From assembly GCA_951406725.2 (NCBI GenBank), contig OX597824.1:65534001-65598000 (forward strand): a DNA stretch of 64,000 nt. The letters run 5' to 3'. A model generated the notes under the pieces. That model searched no databases. It saw only the letters and a program-made list of their open reading frames with translations, and had not been told where the DNA came from. Numbering within the stretch: position 1 is the first letter of the stretch; each line of letters starts with the position of its first letter. Both the position numbers and the translations under genes were made by a program. Source of the DNA: Octopus vulgaris. Taxonomy: Eukaryota. Shown here in pieces: positions 13,430-29,812 of the stretch.

Positions 13430-15295
13430 AGATTGTTTACATCATCATCTCCGCCATAACAAACTGCTATCACTATTGGAACCTGTAGGCGAGCTAAATC
13501 AAAAAGACATACTTCGCGACAAATTTATGGTTTGTCTTACAAGCAATGAACCCTCTCACATGTGCCACTTGGAAACGAGGTTCACTGTATTTGCTGATCA
13601 TTTTACTGGTTATGATACCTCTTTCTGTCAACATCTCCACATAAAACTGGTTTTACTGGGGCTCATTTTGCTGAAGAATGTTTTCAGTTTTTGCTGTATA
13701 AATTGTCTATTTAAGCTACAAATCTTTTCAATTTGCTAATTCTGATGTCAAAAGCAAGGAAAAGAAGAAAGCTTACAGTCCTTTCATCTCTACTCTCCTA
13801 TAAAATTTCCCTTTATAATAAAAGGAGGTGTGATACATATACACCTGTCATATGGTGCTAAGCTTCCTCACCTGAAGACCAAGATTTTTTTTTTTCAAAA
13901 CAATAACAAAGCCTGTTAGACTGCAATGTTTTGAAGCAATTATTTTAATGGTAACCCTTGACAAAGCTCAAGGATGGTATTATTTTGAAAAACAGCCACT
14001 GAAAGAATGCAAAACTAATGTTGTTTTCAATAGCAACAACTGATGGAATATAACAATAGTATTACAGATCACTTGTGAATTAGTGGGAGAAAAAAAAACT
14101 TTTTTAGTGTATTCTCTGAATATTTTTTAGGAACAATGTGTGTGTATACTGCATTCCATGACCAACTCTAGTTCTTTGCAGATTTTTTATATACATTTGT
14201 GTATGTATGTGTGCACATCAGTGGTAAGCGGGTATTTCCTGTAGTTTTTTTCATCATATAGCCTATATCTTTGATGTCTGGAGTTCAATATATTCTGTTA
14301 CCTGTGCACACTACATGTGTAGTACACACTGTCATTGATGCAGCAGTAAATTCTTAATTGTTAAATCTGCATTTGTTTTAATTCTTCATTTGTTAAGGCT
14401 TCACTTACAAACTGCCTTGAAAAACGGCATAAACTGGATGTTACCTTTTACCATAAATTAAAGTTCCATACCAAACTATGAAATCAATTTTAGCTACTGA
14501 GTTACTGTGCATTTATTTCTATGGGCATCTACATTTGTTTGTGTCTGTGTGTGTATTAGAAGATTGAGTATCATTCAGATAAACACATAAGCAGAGCATT
14601 GTCTCCATGTAAGATTTTCTTTATTTAAGGTTTAAAAGAGATCTTGGCATCTCATACTTTATGATATGTATACACTCTGATATGAGAAAGATATATATTA
14701 TACACACACACATATGTATATGTATGTCTGTGTGTGTATATATATAAATACGTGTGCATTTGTATATATGTGTGTGTGCATGCATGTATGTGTATATATA
14801 TGTATGTATGTGTGTGAATATATATATATGTATGTGTGTGTATGTATATATATATATGTATGTGTGTGTATGTGGTTCTGGTGCTTAAATCTTCATCACA
14901 TTTTTGCTATGGGAGAGTAAGAGTTACTATCAATAGCAGTGTTTTTTCTTTTCTTAGCAAAATACTTTAACAACTGGAAAATAATTATGTGTCTATCTAA
15001 GAAGCTGATCTGTAGTAAAATATATATGCTATTCAGAAGGGAAATTATCTTGTAGCTGTCTCACACTGCAGAAACTAAGAGTGAACATTACCTGAAGCAG
15101 TTGTGACCTATCAAGGAATTTTCATTCTGAAGTATTGATATCCACTCCAGTAACATATGCCTTGTGTGTGTGTATATATGTGTGTATGCCATCAAATTTC
15201 TGTTTGTCATCATATTCTTCTTTAAAATTCAGTTGTGATTCATCTTCTCTAAATATTATTTTTACATATCTTTTATTGTAATTTCATTTTTTATA

Positions 15296-15320
15296 AATAA
15301 AATATATTGTTTTTAATAAA
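15296..15320 (+). promoter_or_regulatory. Candidate polyadenylation signals (AATAAA x2) for the upstream + strand gene
   Basis: AATAAA at 15296-15301 and 15315-15320, at the end of the UTR-like block and followed by T-rich sequence. Confidence 0.4.
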
Positions 15321-16849
15321 CTGTGAATTTATCTTTTATTTTACAAGTTTACAGTAGTCATTGTAGAGTACCAGTTGTTTTGTTAATGTACCTTTTCTAA
15401 TATTTTGATTATTTAAAATGTATTTGTTTTTATGACCAATCCAGAGGTTAAATAACAGCAATATTTTTAATTTCGTTTCATTTATAACTTCATGATATCA
15501 CTCAATAAATTTCTAATAAAATCCACATAAGAAGTTGGATTGGACCTATTACATCAATTCTCAAATCATGGTGGAAGACTTCCAGAAGAAAGCAAATAAA
15601 AGAAACATCCTTGGGAAAGTCCTGCTCATTCAAGTTAGTGGGAGACTGGAATGGCATTTCAGACACTTGATGAGACTGTATGACACTAGATGATAGGAGA
15701 GGAACTGGAAAAGCTTAGAAAATCCACACAGACAGTTCTAACTGTCTGACAGATACCAGCTGGATTTCCCCCCAAATACTTGTGTGGACATGGAGCAATG
15801 ATGCTGGATCATCCATATATTTAGATAAAGTGTTTGTTAGTTTAGTGATCAGGAATAGTATAGGATGTCCACAATTTCAACCAGTCTGCTGCACAGATCA
15901 CACATTTGTGATACATACTGTTGACCTAGACAGAACCCTAGATCAGACTTTTTTCTTCAGCCAAGCACTCATCATATTTTTGCAAGTTTCACTTGGAAAG
16001 GAAGGTGAGAGTGGGGAATGAGGTGTTTTCCCACCAATAAAATCATTAAAGGGTAGGTAAGAGCAGTAAATAAGCATTTGTGACAAACCCACTTTGAGTA
16101 TGCATCTGAAGGCTGGGAAACAATAAATCAAAGAGAGCACTTGCCTTCTATGATCTGTCATGAAAATGATTCAGGTTTTTGGTGGTTTTGTTGATTAGTC
16201 CTAACCAACTGTTGCTCCTATTGGGTACCTGGGTACCAGCCATTTTGACTAATAAAGAAATTATTATCAGCATTATTGAAGCAGTGAGCTGGCAAAATCA
16301 TTAGCATCCAAACGAAATGCTTGGAAGCATTTTGTTTGACTTTTCATTTTGAGTTCAAATTTTTCCAGCTTTACTTTTCATCCTTTTAGGGGTCAATAAA
16401 TTCAGTATCAGACCTAGAGTCATCACCTAGTCCCCTCCCCCAAAGTTTCAGACATTCTGCCTATAGTAGAAAGGATTATTATTGGTTGGCAGCTTCAATG
16501 GACTTTTTCTTTCTCTCTCTCTCTTTTGATGTTTGCTCCAATTTTTTGTTAATTTCAGAATTTGGATTTATTGTTTGTGTCATGTAAAAGTTCTTACAAG
16601 GAAAGCTTTGATTTTATTTTAACTTTTACCTCCAAAACATTTTGGTTTAACTTCATTCACAATGGCAATGATTCATTAAGACAACAGTATCTTTCAAAGT
16701 AAAACTGAATGAAGTCTTCTGTAATTAAAGTGGAATAAAAATTCATTCATGTTTTGAAGATGGAAAATTTTACCTTTTCAGAAAAACACAAAATACATTT
16801 TATCTTTTTTTAGACATTCTGAAAATTTTTTCAACAACAACACTAACTC

Positions 16850-17385
16850 TCACACCCAAGCATTGCCCAACTGGCCGAGGCTTGATGACATTACAGATGT
16901 GAAGCACTCTTTCTTAGTCTCTGCTTGATTCAGGGCTGCAACTTTGTCAAATAGATGAGCTGTGTAACAACTTGTCTGAGAAATGGTGACACCTATTCAC
17001 CACCCAGAAATTGAAGATATTGCAGCTTTAGCATGTGTCTTCACCTGTCTTACACCCGTGGACATGTTTACAAAGTCAGAAAACAACACAGCTCCCATGA
17101 CTTTCAGAAACATTTTTTCATACTAAGAGTTGCATGAACAAACTGCCAGCATCAGTTGTTAGTTGTCGGAGCACTGCATCCTTCAAAATTTCCATGTTTC
17201 CTGAGATTCGTCAACACTACACCTGATTTTTCTCCCCTCCATACATACACAAGCATGTATCTGACTCATACACTGTTCACTTTCCAGACATTTGTACATT
17301 ACAACATATGCTTTATATGCAGTTTTGACAAGTTGTAGTGCATCTGAGCACTATATACAATAATTTCATTATTATTATTATTATC
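16850..17385 (+). mobile_element. CR1/L2-type LINE 3' end with (ATT)n tail; related piece at 33810-33945
   Basis: Matches the 33810 copy, which reads [18 protein letters not shown], a typical CR1/L2 ORF2 C-terminus. Confidence 0.6.
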
Positions 17386-18112
17386 ACCTACAGCATGACC
17401 ACTCAGTCAGTGTTGACAGCAAATGGAACACTTAATCAGTGGAATGTATTCATTCCACAAAAAAATAGAAGAGATGCTCCAATTCAGTCAAACGTGAACT
17501 GGGGCAAGGCACAACAGTCAGACTTTTCAGGGATAGCTATCCTTTGGCCCATTTATGTGCGAGACTGACTACTCTGTTGATCAACTTGTCCTACTTCTTC
17601 CACACATGGAGATCTGGCTCATGACACAAGAAACTCCATGAGATTATCCAGAATCATAGAGGCTATGAAATGATAGTGTAATTCCCAAGCAGAATCAGCA
17701 TGACAATGCATCTAGGATGTACATTTTTAAATTACAAGTACAAGCCATTTGAGAGGCTTTCACACAGTTTCTGTCTACTCAATTTCACTAAGAAAGAGTT
17801 TGAGAAGAAAACCTCATAAACATTTAACCATAGTATGTTTACATTTGGACAATTAAAAACAAGGAAATATATGAAGGAATGTTTACTTTAAAATACATTA
17901 CAAGCTAGAGTAGAGAAGGCTTTTAATCATTACAGCAGTTAACAAACACATTTCTTCATGTTGAATTTTCTTGTGGTGCAGGAGACGCAATGGCAGTAGT
18001 TCTTCATATCTAACTTCCTGTAGCTTTCTTAATTTAACTGTCACCAACATTGGTTCATATGAACTTTTACTTTTAGCATGCTTCAGTGGTTAGTTCGGAA
18101 ATCAGTTTGAAC

Positions 18113-18357
18113 CAGAGGTTCTCAAACATTTTGGGCCACCACCCCCTCATGGCCACAATAGCCTCAGCACCCACACCCCTATTTTTATGTATAAATAAAT
18201 ACTTTATATTTAACTAATTTATATATACTATGAATCACTTGATATTTAATATAATATTATAAATTTATAGTGTCCCCCAATCCACTGCCTTCCTCCTAAT
18301 GCTTCCTTTTTTCTCTAGCGCCCCCTTAGACACCAGCGCCCACTTTGAGAACCTATA
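18113..18357. mobile_element. hAT-type MITE
   Basis: TIRs CAGAGGTTCTCAAA / TTTGAGAACCTATA; 8-bp TSD GTTTGAAC (18105-18112) / GTTTAAAC (18358-18365). Confidence 0.8.
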
Positions 18358-19969
18358 GTTTAAACGAATGGAACATGCTCAATCTACATGACTTGTTGCT
18401 TGCAACTAAGCCAGTGACCAAAACACTATTTACAAAAGTGTGAAAAGTCTATCATCATCAATTAGTCTCTTATAAAGCATGAAGTTCTGGGTCTATATTT
18501 TCGTTGCTTGGCAACGTGGTAGTATGTTTGTATGTACCGAAAGCAATGACTCGCTTATTGCAAGTATGGTAGTCCTTACAACTACAGGTTAACTTTATTT
18601 CAATTCTCGATTTAAAAAAAAAATAAAGGTTTCTGATTTAGGCAAGGCCAGCAATTTTGAGGGAAGGGGTTAATCGATATCATCGACCCTAGTATTTCAC
18701 TGGTATTTTATTTTATCGGCTCTAGATGGATGAAAGGTAAAGTTGGTCTCGGCGGAATTTGAACTCGGAACTGTAAAGAGATATGACTACATGCTGCTTG
18801 GCATCTCATTCAGAATTACCCAACACTTTTACTAATGCTTTAACTATACAAGTTCGTATTTTTAATTGCATTAAAACATTTGATAGGACAACCAAACACC
18901 TACCGAGGTGCTGATTCATTGTATCCAGCTCCTCACACTGCTTATTCGGGGCAAAAATATTTCAATACCAGTAGTTCACCAGTAGAATTCATTGCAAATA
19001 ATGCGTAACTTCAACTCATCAAAGAGGTAGTATCGCTTAAATTTTTAACGGATTAGAAAACAACAGATGAATGTAACCGAGAAAAGAATAGCTTTTCTAA
19101 ACAAGAGTAAAAAATAATAACAGCGTGCCTATTTAAAAGTAAGGGAGATAACTCCAATATTACTTTTGTAAACCTAAAAAAATATTGCTAGGGCGGAGCA
19201 CAATGAGTAATATTTAACTGAGAAAAGTTTTTTTCTTTTTAAATGTTCATTACCGTGCAAAAACTATATCATCTAAGCAAATGACCTTCTCTAAATGCAT
19301 TAAAACACTATAACATATTCAGAATACTATTTCTGAAAAGTATCTCCGCCCTCTAAGCATACAAAAGTCAAGTTTAGATGGGGCAAAATTAGTAAGACAA
19401 GATGAGATAAATTTGCCTCTTCAATTTTCCAGAATTGCATTTGAAAAAAGACTCGTACACACCAATATCCATTCTTAGACATTAGAAATGCAGCAAAGAC
19501 TAAAAATATCTCGGTCAAATAAAAGAAGATCAGGGGAAAATAACACGTGATATGAAATTAACGAACGTCGAATAAAAAAAAAAACTCAACATAAAATATT
19601 CTCTGTAGCTTCTTCGCGATCTGCTGGAGTGGCTCTCATCCTGATATATTGATGCACGAAGCAATAAAAAAGGGAATTTATCGAAATTAGACATTACTCA
19701 TTTTGCCTCACTTTAAACATCTTTTTTTAAATTGAAAATTATCAGATTAGACATTAGTGGGATCTTTTCCTTTTGAACGGCACTCGTATACTGGTAGAAT
19801 TTGTTTATAAAACATCATTTTTTCTTGGCTTTATTGAGAAAATTCTATATGTTGTAACATATTTCCACTTTAATTTCAAGCATTTCGGCAATTTTAACCA
19901 ATCGCTGACCTCCATTTGGGGTGAAAACATTCCATGCTGTATGAATATGTCCCGCGTTTAAGAAACAGA

Positions 19970-20373
19970 GGATCTTTTCGGTTTGAACGGCAGTTTTTAC
20001 TAGCGATGTCATATGAAATTGTCACCCATAATTATGACCCTAGTATCGATCTATTGCATTTCAATCTCTTTTAGGGTTAGGGGTGGGGGGAAGGGTATCT
20101 TTTTTTTCTTCACAAGTGTAAATAATCCCAATCTGTTTCTTAAATGAGGGACATACTCATACGGCACAGAATGTTTTTTTACCTCAATAGACGTCAGTGA
20201 TTGGTAGAAATTGAAGAAAAAAACAACAAATATCTTACAAACTATAGAATTTTCTCAATAAAGCCAAGAGAAAAAGATGTTTTATAAACACATTCTACCA
20301 GTATACGAAATTTAAATTTTTTTAGTTACCTAGAAGTTATGTTTAAAAACTACCGTTCAAACCGAAAAGATCC
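19970..20373. mobile_element. MITE with 29-bp TIRs, abutting a truncated inverted relative at 19760-19969
   Basis: GGATCTTTTCGGTTTGAACGGCAGTTTTT / AAAAACTACCGTTCAAACCGAAAAGATCC (1 mismatch). Confidence 0.8.
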
Positions 20374-20514
20374 GTTATTTCGGTAAATGTTTACAACTGG
20401 TAAAAATTTAGGGAATTTTCGTCTAATTATTCCAAATCTTTCTGTTAAAACTGTATTGAAACAATTTGTGGGGAATTTGTTTATCACAGCAACTGGTCGC
20501 ACACCACAAGGTTT

Positions 20515-21110
20515 AACGGAACCTACTGAAGCACGCTCGCAGCTTTACCACTGGCGATGGTGAGGCTAAGGCTTTGGGGAAAGCCAAACGCCCTCATGGG
20601 CATCACCTGACACCTTGGTGAGTCGAGCTGCCAACGTTGGCAAGAACTTCACGGTTAGTGGCCCAGTCCCTAGGAATTTCTAAAACGCCACAGCTTAGAA
20701 AAGATAGTTCACTGTCGGGTCCCGATACTTCAGGGTTTTCTTCCGTTCGGCTACGGAAGCAGTGAGCCTCCCATTAACTGAAGTACCCAGGATGTGGGAG
20801 GGAGAAAAGAGTCGCAGACTATGGCGTCCTGAATGAGGCATCTACCTCTAACCCAGGGACAGATAGTAAGACCATCCGGTCTCTTTCCATCACTTCTAGA
20901 TAATCCCGACGGTTCCAGAACTGAGGAGATATTAATCCGAGCCAGGGCCCACTTAATGATTAGGTTTAGCTCGGTACGACGAGCGAAGCGAGCAGCATTT
21001 AGGCGGCAAGACTGACCGTGAAGAGTTGTAGGGTCGAGGAGTCTACTACAGTGGCGTCTCAGTCCTCTACAGACGCCAGCACCTACTCTGAGATTATTAG
21101 AAATCAACAG
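20515..21110 (-). mobile_element. 3' fragment of a non-LTR retrotransposon with restriction-like endonuclease (CRE-like)
   Basis: Degenerate zinc knuckle (HC...LD....HGQSC), LEPSGLSRSDGKRPDGLT (PD-D/ExK RLE), PW..GRCL..D..V.DSF, AERKK..KY, and QSLSLTIASGKAASV end. Stops and frameshifts present. Confidence 0.8.
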
Positions 21111-22008
21111 TATATTCAACTTCTATTCAATCTTTATGAGGTTGCTTACCCCTCTATGTTTAGCCCCTTGTGGGCAATAAAGAAATAAGAAATAACGGTA
21201 AATGTTCTTTTGTGTAAATAAATGTTTATTAATTAAGAATACGAGTTTTTTCCTCTTTTAGGAAATTGGGTTTTTTTCAATGAAATTTTATAGAAATACT
21301 TTTCAAACGGCATACATTACGATTATAAAGTAATTTGTGGGGAAAATCTTTTCCAAAGGGTGGGGAGACGACTTCGGAAAATTCACAAGATCCAAGTTTT
21401 CCCCTCATAACAGTGTGTGTGTATATATATATATATATTTAATTCCGTGAGAGTTAGAGGTTGTGAATCCAATCAACTAAGGGATAGTACCTATCTAATA
21501 TACTGCTGGAGTATTAATAATATTCAAGTGCTGGTTATAGCGTGGCAATTTCACAATTGAGTGTAATAAATGGGCGGGGGGTAAAAAGTGGGTAGAAATA
21601 TTTGTAGGAAGTTGAATGTGATTTCGGAATATAACGAGGAAAAATCGGATCTTGGGAATTTTCCGAAATTCCTCACCCCACCTCAAAATTTTCCCCACAA
21701 ATTACTTTATAACCGTAATTTGTGCCATTTCAAAGGTATTTATATAAAATTTCATTGACTCCCCCTCCTCCACTTTCCTAAAAGTTATGAAAGAAAAGCT
21801 CGGACCTTATGAATTTTCCGAAGTTCTCTCCCCACCCTCCCGTTGCTTTGCGCGCATTCTTTTTTACATATTCATTTCCTACACATTGTTTTACACCCAT
21901 TCCAGTATATTTGGGGTGGAGGGAGATTTTCATTTCCGGGTCAAGATGTAAACATTAACCAAGAATTTAATTTAATTTAAGGATTTGCAAGTAAAATCTT
22001 ATGACAAT

Positions 22009-22354
22009 GTAAACAATTTTTTTTTTTACATATGGGCTTGCGGGAACTTTTGAAGTAATATACATACATATACACATACACCGAGTAAAAAATTTCAGTT
22101 ATCTCTTTCTTTCACACATTACTCTATCTCTTCACACACACTAACAGAAGCACTTCACTTACACAACATACTGTCTGTCTCCCACACCCCATCAAACACA
22201 CACACACACACACACATGTACATCAATGCTTCACATGCACGGTAACTTCAAAAGAACTTCCCTCGTCATACAATCGCTTTCTCTTAGTCTCTTTCGCTCT
22301 CATTACTTCAAAAGTTCCCGCAAGCCCATATGTAAAAAAAAAAAAAAATTTTAC
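22009..22354. mobile_element. Probable MITE with a perfect long TIR just upstream of TRMT61A
   Basis: (T)n-ACATATGGGCTTGCGGGAACTTTTGAAGTAAT at 22017-22059 is the exact inverse of 22302-22344. Confidence 0.7.
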
Positions 22355-22576
22355 GGAAATCGACGGAAAGGTCTACTAGAGACGAAAGATTGCCTGTATA
22401 TGTTTATATGCTATGTATGAAAATAGAATTTAGTGTTTATTGATCACCTCAGACAGTGCAGCACAATCAGACACTTCAGAGCAACCCATATGTACAGCGT
22501 ACAATTATACTAAGCTTCTGTTTGGTAAATTCCGTCAGCGTTGTCCGTTTACGGTAGAATTAGTGGTAATTTTTGA

Positions 22577-26453
<3,877 letters not shown>

Positions 26454-26471
26454 CATATATGCATATACTAA

Positions 26472-26477
26472 AATAAA
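26472..26477 (+). promoter_or_regulatory. Candidate TRMT61A polyA signal
   Basis: AATAAA about 20 nt after the stop codon, followed by T-rich sequence. Confidence 0.55.
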
Positions 26478-26629
26478 TACATTTTATTTTGAAGTTTTCA
26501 GCTTTTTATTTTATAAAATAATTTATGCTATTATATTAGTTTCATTCACAAAAGATGTAATTTTATTTTTTACAATCAAATTTTGAACAATAGTATATCC
26601 ATAATGAAATACTTTAGCAGTATTTTGAC

Positions 26630-26725
26630 AACCAGCTACAAATTGACTCCATTTGATGTTACAGAATTTTATCCATCCATAAATAAACCCGTTTTCAGAG
26701 CGTCAACTTTCATCAAGAACCTCAT
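26630..26725 (+). mobile_element. Tiny Penelope-like RT remnant
   Basis: FDVTEFYPSINK resembles the Penelope RT motif FDIxxFYPSI. Confidence 0.4.
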
Positions 26726-26939
26726 TACGTATAGACTAGGTCATGTCCCACTCAACAGATATTTCAAGCATCTCGGCAGTAGTTCCTGATGAGCCAGAGG
26801 CTTTCTGTGTCCATATCCTTAATAGCCTTATCTACAATACAGCTGTCAACTCTGATAGCCAATGCCTCTGTTGGGTCCATATTAGGAAGACTATCCTTTT
26901 ACCATATATTCTCCACATTTAGCAGTCTTTCATAGGGAC

Positions 26940-27225
26940 ACTTTTATGCCTCTTTCTTTTCAGAGTCACTAAATGCAAGTGTACTATCATCCATCTGGAC
27001 ATACTTCTCTCTGATACACTGTCTTGCAATCCAGGACACCTCATACCACAGAACATGGGCAATCTTCTTTTATGCTTTTCCTTTAGCTAAATATACTTGT
27101 TTCCTAGTTTCTCTTTTAGCTACCTAGTATAGTTCTCTGCTATGCCCCATTCTTCCAGTCCTCCCATGTCTGTTTCTTTCCTCTGTGGTACTGTCTTCTT
27201 CACTATTCCACCATCTTGTTGACAT
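26940..27225 (-). mobile_element. Old RTE LINE internal fragment
   Basis: Nucleotide similarity to 54850-55075 of the RTE in this window. Confidence 0.55.
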
Positions 27226-27486
27226 TTTTCTAATTCAGCCATAAATATATATACTGACAGAGAAAATTAGTTCTATGGAAGCAATACAGGCTCCACTGTT
27301 GGCAATTCCCATTAGGATGAAACAATGTAGTCCATTGTTCTAGCTTTGCTTTGCTCATGGAACAGTTATCTACCCTGTCAGTATATGGAAATGTACTTTT
27401 ATGCAGCTATAAGTAGTTTAACTCTTTGTTTCTAGCACATAGTCACAATTAGCGACAACTAAATTATATATACATATACACACGCA

Positions 27487-28665
27487 TATTGGGTCATCCC
27501 ATAAATGTGGTTTTTTTCAATTGCATGAACTAAAAGTCAGAGGGGGATGGGATAACCTGCAACTTACTATGAAAGCAGGTAGTAATTATACTTTGTACTT
27601 ATTCTTAATGCAAGTTTTGAAGAGTGCAGTTCGCTTTTAATGGTTATTTTTCCAAAGCTATAATAGAAGTGACAAAGGAGCATATTGTGCTTTATGAGTT
27701 CAATAAAGGCAACAACACAATGGAAGTGCAAGGAATATTAATGCAGTATATGGGGATCAGACAATAAACGTAAGCCAGTGCCAACAGTGGTTCCAGAAAC
27801 TACAGCTTAGAAGATGAGCCTCATCCTGGAAGATCTGTCGAGCTTGAGGACGTTCTGCAAACCCTGGTGGAACAAAATCCCATTGTAACTGTAGGGGAAC
27901 TAGCAGAGAAGCTTGGATTTGGTCATTCAACCATTCATCAATGCCTGTGTGCTGTCAGAAAAGTCAGCAATTTGGGTCAATGGGTTCCTTATAAACTTGC
28001 TGAGCCTAATCACATGCAGAGAGTGAATGAGTGCTCTTCTTTGCTGTCACACCTCATGAATGAACGTTTTTTGGACCAAATAGTGACTGGTTATTAGAAA
28101 TGGGTTCTCAATAAAAATGTTGAGTGCTGAAGATAGTGGGTAGGGAAAGGAGAAACCCCAGGTTAAAGAAGGGTTTTTACCCACGTTTGGTTTAGTTCAC
28201 TGAACTTTTAAACCCAAACCTAACGATAACAAAGGAGATCTACTGTGAGCGGCTTAAGTCAGCACTAGAAAGAAAATTACCATCTTTGGTTTTAATACAA
28301 AAGGTGTTCTTCCATCAGGATAATGCTCAGCCACATACAAGCAAGGATGACATTCCAAAGGCTGGAGCAGTTTAAATGGGAAATGATGTCCCACCCACCA
28401 TATTTGCTGGACATTGCCCCATCTGATTATCATTTGGATGGAAAAAAAACTGAATTCTGTTGATAAGGTCAGAACAGTACTGTAGGAGTATTTTCCGTCA
28501 TGAACAAGGGAATTTTGGAAGAGGGCCCTTACAAGTCTACCAGATATATAGAAGAGCATTGTAGAAAATGAAGGAGAGTATATTTTAGATTAAAAAAAGG
28601 ACTTTATCTTAATTTTGAAAAATAAGTGTAAAAAAAATGCATTATATATGGGATGACTCCTAATA
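27487..28665 (+). mobile_element. Near full-length dead mariner transposon
   Basis: TA-TTGGGTCATCCCAT / ATGGGATGACTCCTAA-TA ends; motifs WVPYKL, IVTGY*KW, HQDNAQPH, HPPYLLDIAPSDYHL; many stops. Confidence 0.9.
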
Positions 28666-28704
28666 TGTAATCTAGTGCATGTGCAATATTAAAAATCAGA
28701 CATG

Positions 28705-29812
28705 TATCAAAAAGTTCCTGGATTAGTGTTTAATAAAAAAAAAAACAACTTATTTACCTAAGTTTTAACATCATCCCCTTTGAAATAGTCACCTTGCACA
28801 ACAATACACCAGTCCCAGGGTTCCTGCCACTTTTGGAATCTGTCCTGGAAGTTGAGGATCTTTTATGATACACTCTGGATCTCGACAACAGTGTTAACAA
28901 TTTAAAACAACGCAATACGAGTCTCCGCAAGAGCGAAATTACAGACCATATCCCAGAATTAATGGTCATACTTTGCAATTTCGCTAAGCATGAAATCCTG
29001 TAACCTGAGGTGTCCGTAAAGCAGGTGCACTTTCTACTGTAGGGGCAAGGCCTGAAATTTTATGGGGAGGAGCAATTCGATTACATCAGCCCTAATGCTT
29101 TTATAAGTTCAAATTTCCTCCCTGGGAAGGGAAATTGAACTCATAAAGAGCCTGAAGAAGAATGGCAACTTTTTAGCTGCATTTTCTTCTTGGGAAAGTG
29201 ATGGAAGTCTGCAGGTGCTAAATCTGGTGAAGAGGGTGGGTGTGGAAGTAATACCATGTTTTTGGTGAGGAGAGCTCTGACAGGGTCCATTGTCATCATG
29301 AAGAATCTAAATCTTCATGCTCCACAAATCCGGTTGCTTTCACCAAATATCTTCCCCCAAACTCTTCAAAATGTTGCAGTGGTACCCTTGATTGACGATC
29401 TGGTCCTGAGGGACAAATTCTTGATGCACTACACCGCATTTATAAAAAAAAATGATGAGCATGCACTTGATTGAGCTGTGACTCTTTTGTGCCTTCTTCA
29501 GTCATGAAGATGAAAAGCTCTTTGATTGTGATGACTGCTGCTTCATCACCATACGCATGCTCAATGTCTCTAGCAGACTTCCCAAGTTTAACAAAATTTC
29601 ACGTTGGCTCTGTGTTCCAACTTTCTGTCCATGACAAAAATCAAAGACTACAGCATACATGTGATCACAAATTTCGCAACTTGTGAAGTAAACACAGCAA
29701 TGTCACTCAGTACACTGCCTCATGAAGGTTACTAGAAGCTCTCACTATACATGCAACTGAGTGACTTGACACACTACAGAACTAGTCCGGGAACTTTTTG
29801 ATAACACCTCTA
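28705..29812 (-). mobile_element. Second mariner (non-autonomous, decayed) carrying a foreign 269-bp insert
   Basis: TIRs TATCAAAAAGTTCCTGGATTAGT / ACTAGTCCGGGAACTTTTTGATA; colinear with 6675-7305 apart from the insert. Confidence 0.85.
28892..29160 (-). repeat. Inverted copy of TRMT61A intron 1 segment 23705-23973
   Basis: 269 bp, 12 substitutions, no indels (manual alignment). Confidence 0.95.

Noticed and set aside
13341-13739. 132-aa ORF overlapping the terminal exon
   Set aside because: It starts at TTG inside an intron polypyrimidine tract and has no recognisable motif. The phase-2 reading (CSNSTTV*) fits the upstream donor better.
20070-20085. TTAGGGTTAGGG telomere-like motif
   Set aside because: Only two units, internal to a MITE; not an interstitial telomere array.
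28892-29160. Idea that the insert is a reverse-transcribed, ADAR-hyperedited intron RNA
   Set aside because: Relative to intron sense the changes are 4 A>G, 4 T>C, 2 C>T and 2 G>A, so there is no strand-specific A>G excess. There is also no polyA tail or TSD.
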